Shown piece after piece: positions 53,044 through 59,966 of a stretch of DNA of 59,966 bases (its first letter is position 1; every line of letters begins with the position of its first letter). The translations under genes were made by a program, and so were the position numbers. The stretch is from an uncultured virus (IMG/VR IMGVR_UViG_3300002162_000001) (Duplodnaviria > Heunggongvirae > Uroviricota > Caudoviricetes), in the IMG/VR virus record IMGVR_UViG_3300002162_000001, positions 62,001 through 121,966 of that record; one strand, given 5' to 3'. The notes under the pieces were generated by a model. It searched no databases. It had not been told where the DNA came from and worked only from the letters and a program-made list of their open reading frames with translations.

Positions 53044-53526
53044 ATGAAATTAAATAAAAGAAACAACATATTTATTTTATTTATATTATTATTTATATTA
53101 CTTTTAAGTGGATGCTCTAATACGAAAGACATTGTTAAAAATAGCCCTTCCGCTAGTAAAATTACTAATACCATCAAAGAGTCTGAAACTAAAACGGCGG
53201 TTAAGGACGTCAATATAAATAAATTTACCAATGAAACTTTTAAAAAAGATGTTTCAAATATTTATTCTCAATGCTCTAAAGGATGGGAGAATAAAGTATA
53301 TACAGTCAGTTATACAAAAGGTGATTATATTGCGTTTTCTAAAAAATATAGTAAGTTGTTAAACTTAAGTGACTATGAACAACAAGTATATACGGATGTT
53401 ACAGAGCTTAATGTTACTATATGTAATTATCTTAAGTGGATTCCAGATAAATTAAATGCTGAGGAAACACCAGATATGAAAACAAGAATAGAATTTTTAC
53501 TCAATAAATACAAATCCGTTTTATAA
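53044..53526 (+). CDS. lipoprotein moron (start corrected from 52996)
   Basis: MKLNKR-hydrophobic-LLSGC lipobox; AAGGAG RBS; promoter TTGAAT(52979)-17-TATAAT(53002); terminator ~53555-53584. Confidence 0.8.
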   Translation: MKLNKRNNIFILFILLFILLLSGCSNTKDIVKNSPSASKITNTIKESETKTAVKDVNINKFTNETFKKDVSNIYSQCSKGWENKVYTVSYTKGDYIAFSKKYSKLLNLSDYEQQVYTDVTELNVTICNYLKWIPDKLNAEETPDMKTRIEFLLNKYKSVL

Positions 53527-53648
53527 TAAATCAATATAAAATAACCATTTGATTAGCCATAAGATTAATTTCTATGGCTTTTTATTATGCCCAAAATTAA
53601 ACAAATGACGAAAATCAAAATCAAAAAATAGAAAGCGAGGCAATAAAT

Positions 53649-56591
53649 ATGGATGACGTTTCAAATCTTTTATATACTCAATGGAATCAGGACTCTAATG
53701 GTAATAAAATTAATATTCAAATTACAAATGAACAGCATCAAGTGGTAAATGGTACGATATTATTATCACAGATTCCCAATGAATTTAATCATGTAATCAT
53801 AGATAATTATTTTGAAATATCAAAAACTCAGACTATTACGTCTGCAAATCAATTCAGTGTGAATTATGTCACAGGAAATGTAAATTTTTATTCTACAGAA
53901 GAAAGTAAAAACATCACAGTTACAAATTATTTTGGAAGAGGTCAAATTTATATAGATAAGTCCAGAATTGTAACTGAGAATGATGGTTCAACTATTGTAG
54001 AAACTTTAGATCAAGCAATATCTATAGTGCATCAAGAAGCAACCAATTACGGTAATGCTGTTGCTTTGAGTGCAGCCAATGCTACATTAGAAATGATAGA
54101 GAGCAGAAAAGGTGAGACGACATTAGGAACTAAAATCGGGAAAATGGATACTTTAACAGCATTAAAAGCGGACAAAACTTATGTCGATTCACAAGACATC
54201 TTACTCTCTAATAAAATCGGAATTTTAACTGACAACGGAATAACAGAGGCTAGTTTAGCACTGGCGGTAAAAAATGATCGTGCACAATTGGCAGCTAAGG
54301 CGCCACAATCTGAATTAAATATTTCTAATACTAACATAATAAATAATGCTATAGCTATAGCAAATAATAGTGCGGCAATAGCTTTAAAATCAGATAAAAC
54401 ATATGTTGATACGTTAAATGCAAGTGCTGTAAGTGGTAGTCCTAAAGACGCATTTGCAACATTAGCTACTTTACAGTCCGCATATCCAACAGGAGCTACA
54501 GGAATTTACTTAGTTGTAGCAGATGGTAAATGGTATTACTATAATGCAGGGTGGATAGCGGGAGGGACATACCAAAGTACTGGAATACCAGACTATGGTC
54601 TCACTCTAAAAAACATGGGATTCCCAGTTTTAGCAGGCAATGCTAGTATTAATCTTTTCAATAAAGATACAGCAATAAATGGGTTTTTCGTTCTTGCAAG
54701 CACTGGAGTAATATCTGGCTCAGCTCCTACTTATGCCTATTCTGACTATATTCCAGTTCTGCCTAGTACAGCTTATATACTTCAAGGGACAGGAGAGCAA
54801 CTGGCTTTTTACAATAGTGGCAAAGTATTTGCAAGTGGTATTGCAACCCCTAATTTTACAACTTTCACAACTCCAAGTACAGCTACATTTGTAAGGCTGA
54901 GCATGAAAATTACAGAGATACCCACAGTTCAATTAGAAAAAAATACTATCTCTCAGCTTTATGAAAGTTTTTATCCTAAGTTTGATGAAAGTATAATAAA
55001 ATATTTTATAAGTTATTTAAAGTTAGATCCTTTGCTTTTAAGAGGTACACCATCTAAAAACTTATTTAATTTAGCTACGATAACAAGTGGCAAATATATA
55101 ACTTTCACAAATGGAAATTTGACTACTTTGGCTAATTATAACGCAAGTGACTTTATCCCTATTTTACCGAGTACACAATATATTTTAACCGGAACAACGG
55201 AACAATTTGCATTTTATAATAGTAGCAAAGTTTATGCGAGCGGATTAGCTACTAGTAATAATGCAGTATTTACCTCACCGGTTGGTGCTTATTATATAAG
55301 ACTTTCGGTTAAAAACGCAGAGCTTGCAACTGCACAACTAGAGCAAAATAGTATCGCAACATACTATGAAAGTTTTGGATATAAAGTAGTTAATTCTATT
55401 TTGTCTCAAAGTAATATGAATTATATAAGAAACAATATTGGATTAACAAATATTATAAAGACGGTTAAACTAAATGGCACAGGAGACTTTACAAGCCTTA
55501 GAAGTGCATTAGAATCAATTTTAGATTCAACAGTAAATAAATCGTATGAAGTACAAATAAGTGAAGGTACCTATGACATCCTAGCTTATTACACAACAAC
55601 AGAGATAAATGATGTTAATTTTGTTGGTTTAAAGGTTCCTGATTGGGTGCATTTAAAAGGAATCGGGGATAAGAATAAACTAATATTAAAGGGAGAATTA
55701 GCAGATTCATTTTCAACTGATACGAAGTATAGAGTTTCAACTTTAAACCTTACTAATAACGGAAACTTAGAAAATTTAATAGTAACTGGTAAAAATACGC
55801 GTTATGCAGTCCATGACGATTATTTAAATTCTGATTTAGTACGAAAAGTTAAGAATTGCAACTTTATTAAATATCTTGGTAGTGGATACGCTCAAGCTTG
55901 GGGAGAAGGTAATGTAAGCGGAACAGACCATACTTTTGAAGATAGCTATTTCTTTACAGAATTTAACGATATGCCATATAGTTTTCACAATAAACCAGCA
56001 TTAGCAAGAGCTTCTAAACATAAATTTATAAATTGTAGATATGAAAACATAAATGGTTTAACAGCTATTAGATTTGGTTCTATGGGAAGTGGTAATAAAG
56101 ACACAATATCTATGATTGGTTGTAGACTAAAAGGGCAAATTAAAATGTTCGAAGAGGTTGCAGGAAGTGGCGCAGGATGTGACTTTACATTAAGTGGCTA
56201 TGGGAATGATGTTGTACCAGTAGAAATTATTACTACGGATGGAAAACAATATGCTTATGATTTTGCTGGAGAAACCAAGAAAATGTATAATGGTGATTCA
56301 ACTATTATTACAAAAGGTACCCCAGTACAGTTTTTATCAGAGGGTTCAGCTATTGGTGCATTTTCTACGGGTACTGATCTCATATTTTATTTTGGTATAG
56401 CCATTGAAAATATTGCAATTGGTGGAAGTGGAATGATAAGGACTGGTGGTTATTTAAGAACAGCCGATACCAATTTAACAGGTCTAGTTTTAGGAAATAA
56501 AATAGGAATTGTCAATGGAGTTTTAGTAAAAGTAACTACAGGAGATTATATTGGAATTGTTACATTAACTAATTACATTAAATTAAAGTAG
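53649..56591 (+). CDS. tail fiber/receptor-binding protein, possible depolymerase
   Basis: KADKTYVD repeats, two tandem NLFN...SDYIP...FYNS...QLE modules, GTGDFTSL beta-helix start. Confidence 0.8.
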   Translation: MDDVSNLLYTQWNQDSNGNKINIQITNEQHQVVNGTILLSQIPNEFNHVIIDNYFEISKTQTITSANQFSVNYVTGNVNFYSTEESKNITVTNYFGRGQIYIDKSRIVTENDGSTIVETLDQAISIVHQEATNYGNAVALSAANATLEMIESRKGETTLGTKIGKMDTLTALKADKTYVDSQDILLSNKIGILTDNGITEASLALAVKNDRAQLAAKAPQSELNISNTNIINNAIAIANNSAAIALKSDKTYVDTLNASAVSGSPKDAFATLATLQSAYPTGATGIYLVVADGKWYYYNAGWIAGGTYQSTGIPDYGLTLKNMGFPVLAGNASINLFNKDTAINGFFVLASTGVISGSAPTYAYSDYIPVLPSTAYILQGTGEQLAFYNSGKVFASGIATPNFTTFTTPSTATFVRLSMKITEIPTVQLEKNTISQLYESFYPKFDESIIKYFISYLKLDPLLLRGTPSKNLFNLATITSGKYITFTNGNLTTLANYNASDFIPILPSTQYILTGTTEQFAFYNSSKVYASGLATSNNAVFTSPVGAYYIRLSVKNAELATAQLEQNSIATYYESFGYKVVNSILSQSNMNYIRNNIGLTNIIKTVKLNGTGDFTSLRSALESILDSTVNKSYEVQISEGTYDILAYYTTTEINDVNFVGLKVPDWVHLKGIGDKNKLILKGELADSFSTDTKYRVSTLNLTNNGNLENLIVTGKNTRYAVHDDYLNSDLVRKVKNCNFIKYLGSGYAQAWGEGNVSGTDHTFEDSYFFTEFNDMPYSFHNKPALARASKHKFINCRYENINGLTAIRFGSMGSGNKDTISMIGCRLKGQIKMFEEVAGSGAGCDFTLSGYGNDVVPVEIITTDGKQYAYDFAGETKKMYNGDSTIITKGTPVQFLSEGSAIGAFSTGTDLIFYFGIAIENIAIGGSGMIRTGGYLRTADTNLTGLVLGNKIGIVNGVLVKVTTGDYIGIVTLTNYIKLK

Positions 56592-56701
56592 TTAAACAAT
56601 GTGAAATTATAATGTAACTCTATCATAAAAACAGAATATAAAAGATGAAGGCACCTGAAAGGGTGTCTTTTATTATGTAAAAATTAAAAGGGAGGAAGGA
56701 A

Positions 56702-56848
56702 ATGTTTGAAGATTTGAAATATATGTATAATCACAAATATAAAGCAGTAGACTTTAACTTTGTTTGTAGATGTGTATTAAAATCCTGGATTACATCTGAG
56801 GAATTTTTTCAAATCACAGGAAAGAAATTTAGCTATACATTTTTATAA
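56702..56848 (+). CDS. XkdX-family small protein
   Basis: Manual translation ...SWITSEEFFQITG; GGAGGAAGG RBS. Confidence 0.75.
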   Translation: MFEDLKYMYNHKYKAVDFNFVCRCVLKSWITSEEFFQITGKKFSYTFL

Positions 56849-56995
56849 AACTGTATTTATACGAAATGAAAAACAAAAAATGATTCACTCCGTATAAATA
56901 CAATACTGGTCTGTGAAGTGTTAGGACTTCACAAGTAAAGAATACTTTATAAATTTAATAAAGTCAAATAATAACTTGCAGAGGAGACGATTATT

Positions 56996-58051
56996 ATACC
57001 TAGAAAAACGTACCGAAAAATTATCACTTCACTTGAAGCAATTGAACAAATTAATCCCGAAAATAAAATGTTGATAAAGAAATTCTTAAAATATAAAAAT
57101 GCAAAATGTTCTGATACAACCATTACTTCTTACCACTCAGATCTTAATATTTATTTTTGCTACAACATAGTTGAAAATGAGAATAAATTATTTACAAATA
57201 CCAGGAAGTTAGAATTGTCAAACTTCTTTGATTATGGGTTGATAGATTTAAAGTGGAGTGGAAACAGATATCAAAGAATTAGAAGTTTAATGAACAGTTT
57301 CAGTGATTTTATAGTTGATTTTTTAGATGAGGAGTACCCTAACTTTAAAAATATAGTTAATAAATCTGTGGTCAAGGTTGAGAAAATCCCAGTTAGAAAG
57401 AAAACTGTAATACTCCCAGAACAAGTATATAAATTGAGAGATACTTTGATAGCTGACAATAAATTTCAAGAAGCTGTTTACCTTATGCTACTGGCAAGTT
57501 CAGGAGCCAGAATTAGTGAATCTCTAAGAATAGATGTGGATATGGTAGATGAAAATTTTACTGCATATGAAGGTTTATTTTTAGAGACTACGTCTGATCT
57601 TAAGACAAAGGGGCACGGTAAGACTGGGACTATGATGACACGTTTTATTATTAAAGATGTATTTTTACCCATATATACCCAGTGGCTCCCTATGAGAGAA
57701 AAAACAATGAAAGAGAACGGCAAAGAACATGTAAAGATGTTTATAAGATCTAATGGAGAACCCGTTACAGAATCTATTGTAAGAACATGGATTGGTAAAT
57801 GGGAATTAATATTAAACGTAGACTTATACGCCCATGCATTCAGACACTTTATTGTTAGTGATTTAACGCGTAAAGGTTGTAGTTCTGACTTTATTGTAGC
57901 TGTAATGAAATGGAAATCAGCAGCCATGTACAACATCTATTGCGATATAGAAGACAAAGACAAGAAATGGAAAGATATCGGAAAATTAAAAGATGCTATG
58001 GCGTTACAAGAAAAATTTATAGCTAAAGAAGATGATAAGAGAGACCTTTAA
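56996..58051 (+). CDS. late-region tyrosine recombinase (YomM-like), probable ATA/ATT start
   Basis: SGARISE, TKG, HAFRH, W, Y catalytic set; frame open upstream of 57068 to an RBS GAGGAG at 56981. Confidence 0.85.
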   Translation: MPRKTYRKIITSLEAIEQINPENKMLIKKFLKYKNAKCSDTTITSYHSDLNIYFCYNIVENENKLFTNTRKLELSNFFDYGLIDLKWSGNRYQRIRSLMNSFSDFIVDFLDEEYPNFKNIVNKSVVKVEKIPVRKKTVILPEQVYKLRDTLIADNKFQEAVYLMLLASSGARISESLRIDVDMVDENFTAYEGLFLETTSDLKTKGHGKTGTMMTRFIIKDVFLPIYTQWLPMREKTMKENGKEHVKMFIRSNGEPVTESIVRTWIGKWELILNVDLYAHAFRHFIVSDLTRKGCSSDFIVAVMKWKSAAMYNIYCDIEDKDKKWKDIGKLKDAMALQEKFIAKEDDKRDL

Positions 58052-58103
58052 TTTATAAAAGGAAAGAAGGTATTAATTCCAAACTTGAAAGGGGAAATCA
58101 ATC

Positions 58104-58601
58104 ATGTTTAATGAAATAATTCACCAGGCCTTAATAATCCTACAATCCATGCTAAATAAAACACTACTATTTTTATCTGTTATAATCTCAATCTTTCTTG
58201 GAGCTATTGGCTATCCGAAACAGGTATTAATTTTTATATTAGTCCTCATCGTAATAGATTTAATTACCAAGCAAGTTTCACTGATAATAGTAAAATATGG
58301 AGAATTTAGTATTCGTAATTACTTTAAAGGTTGGACAGATAAGCCTGCAATATTAACTTCAAGAGCCCTAAAAAATGGTATTTGTGTAAAGACAATTTTA
58401 TATTCACCTGTATTATACATGGCTCATCAATTCACAATTATTCCTCAAATGATAGGTGGTAATATAATTGCTAATATTTTTTACACCCTATTGTTATTAG
58501 TTGAGGTCTCAAGTATTTTCGAGAACTTTATTGCATCTGGATTTACATTTTTTGTACCATTTTTAAAACATATAAAGAAGTTCGAAACAAGAATAAAATA
58601 A
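58104..58601 (+). CDS. phage holin (holin_4-like)
   Basis: TM segments, IDLIT, SRAL..G, EVSSIFENF. Confidence 0.8.
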   Translation: MFNEIIHQALIILQSMLNKTLLFLSVIISIFLGAIGYPKQVLIFILVLIVIDLITKQVSLIIVKYGEFSIRNYFKGWTDKPAILTSRALKNGICVKTILYSPVLYMAHQFTIIPQMIGGNIIANIFYTLLLLVEVSSIFENFIASGFTFFVPFLKHIKKFETRIK

Positions 58602-58628
58602 TTTTTTAATTAAGGGGACGATTTATAA

Positions 58629-59873
58629 ATGAAAGGAATAGATATTTCAAATTACCAAAATAATGTAGACTTTGCACAAGTAAAAGCTAGTGGAGTAGAA
58701 ATTGTATATATCAAAGCGACTGAAGGAGTAACTTATACAAGCCCTGCCTTTAGACAACAATATCAATCAGCAATTAATGTTGGTCTTAAAGTGGGAGTAT
58801 ATCATTATCTTAGAGCCAACGATCCTATTTCGGAAGCAAAACACTTTCTATCTGTAATAGATGGATTACGTTTTGATTGCAAATACGCAATAGACGTCGA
58901 AGAAATTCTGGGGCAATCTACCAGTCAAATAAGTTCCAACGTAAGACACTTTGCAGACTATTTAATAAGTCAGAATAAAGAGCCATGTATTTATACGGGT
59001 TCCTTTTTCTATACTCATAATTTAGATAGCTCAGTAAAGAATATTTTTCTATGGGTTGCAAATTATTCAGTACATCCAGATTTACCATCTGTAGGTTGGC
59101 AATACAGTTCTACAGGCATAGTCCAAGGAGTCTCAAATGGATGTGACGTGAATGTGTTTGAGGATGGAATACTATTAGGTGGCTCAACAACTACAGCCCC
59201 TGTATACACCGCTGTGAACCTAATCGCTACTAAATTACAACCTCGTTCTCAGTTAGAAAAAGCTAAACTATTTATAGGTTTAAAAGCTAAAGAATTACAG
59301 ACAGATTTAATTGCTTGTGAATTTAATTGTGGTGGATATGGAGCCGATGGAAGTTTTGGTCAAGGTACTTTAGACTCACTTATTGCGTTTCAAACTAAAT
59401 ATTTAGGTATAAATTTTGCTGATGGATTAGCTGGAAATCAGACATTCACAAAACTACAAGAAATTATTATGGAAATAAATAAGCCTAAAGTTGTAATAGA
59501 TGCTCAAGTCCTAAAGCTACAACAAGTCATTAATAGATTAATAAAATTAGGACTTGTCGAAGATGGAATTACAGGAACAAAAACAAAAGAAGGAACTATT
59601 AAATTACAACAAATTTTAGATGTTGGTGCCGATGGAATAGCAGGAAATAATACTTGGAGTGCTATAAATTCAGTTCTTGCAAAACCTTATTGTGATATAA
59701 AGAGTCAAGGTAATAAACCTGCAATTAGAATTATTCAAAACATAGTGGGTACGAGTGTAGATGGAATTTGGGGCTCTGGAACAAATATAAAAGTTGCAAC
59801 ATGGCAGAAGAATCATGGGTTAGAAGACGACGCAAAATTCGGTACTTTAAGTTGGAATAAAGCAATCGGTTAA
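58629..59873 (+). CDS. GH25 endolysin with PG-binding repeats
   Basis: GIDISNYQ, IKATEG, GVYHY, IDVE, WQYSS; repeated DGxxGxxT. Confidence 0.95.
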   Translation: MKGIDISNYQNNVDFAQVKASGVEIVYIKATEGVTYTSPAFRQQYQSAINVGLKVGVYHYLRANDPISEAKHFLSVIDGLRFDCKYAIDVEEILGQSTSQISSNVRHFADYLISQNKEPCIYTGSFFYTHNLDSSVKNIFLWVANYSVHPDLPSVGWQYSSTGIVQGVSNGCDVNVFEDGILLGGSTTTAPVYTAVNLIATKLQPRSQLEKAKLFIGLKAKELQTDLIACEFNCGGYGADGSFGQGTLDSLIAFQTKYLGINFADGLAGNQTFTKLQEIIMEINKPKVVIDAQVLKLQQVINRLIKLGLVEDGITGTKTKEGTIKLQQILDVGADGIAGNNTWSAINSVLAKPYCDIKSQGNKPAIRIIQNIVGTSVDGIWGSGTNIKVATWQKNHGLEDDAKFGTLSWNKAIG

Positions 59874-59921
59874 TCAATCAACATTAAAAATAAATAAATA
59901 AAAATTAGGAGGTCGTTATTA

Positions 59922-59966
59922 ATGGATATTAAATTATTACTTTGGGACTGGAGATTCATACTTGTT
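59922..59966 (+). CDS. start of a probable membrane protein (partial)
   Basis: AGGAGG RBS; MDIKLLLWDWRFILV. Confidence 0.5.
   Translation, partial: MDIKLLLWDWRFILV

Noticed and set aside
1202..57936. Antisense or nested ORFs of the track (e.g. 3008-3619, 16750-17046, 23734-24090, 57478-57936)
   Set aside because: Shadow frames of well-supported genes
53649..58051. Diversity-generating retroelement or tail-fibre shufflon
   Set aside because: No reverse transcriptase, TR/VR pair or inverted fibre cassettes seen; internal fibre repeats are old domain duplications
1..59966. Arbitrium aimR/aimP locus expected in SPbeta-like phages
   Set aside because: No TPR receptor plus secreted peptide pair recognised in this window

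Overview
Low-GC Firmicutes (probably clostridial) temperate phage or prophage segment whose gene order follows Bacillus phage SPbeta. The leftward arm (1-~10900) carries a PemK/MazF toxin, an MrpR/YopR-like degenerate-recombinase repressor, a XerC-type integrase, many tiny ORFs and a twister ribozyme. A ~3.4 kb gene-poor switch region with inverted GC skew follows. The rightward arm carries a replication-type HTH protein with 21-bp repeats, a UvrD helicase, a YonO-like single-subunit RNA polymerase and YonK/YonJ-like genes. Next come an unidentified ~340-nt structured RNA, a tRNA-like RNA and four tRNAs, then terminase, portal, capsid and tail genes. The tail region includes a -1 frameshifted chaperone and a tape measure gene split by a group I intron. 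The window also holds three homing-endonuclease-type genes and ends with a lipoprotein moron, a late-region tyrosine recombinase, holin and GH25 endolysin. Two dispersed intergenic DNA motifs recur: AATARTATTRT (at least 27 copies) and TAAAA-N6-TTTTA. All calls were made by eye from motifs and synteny; no searches were run.
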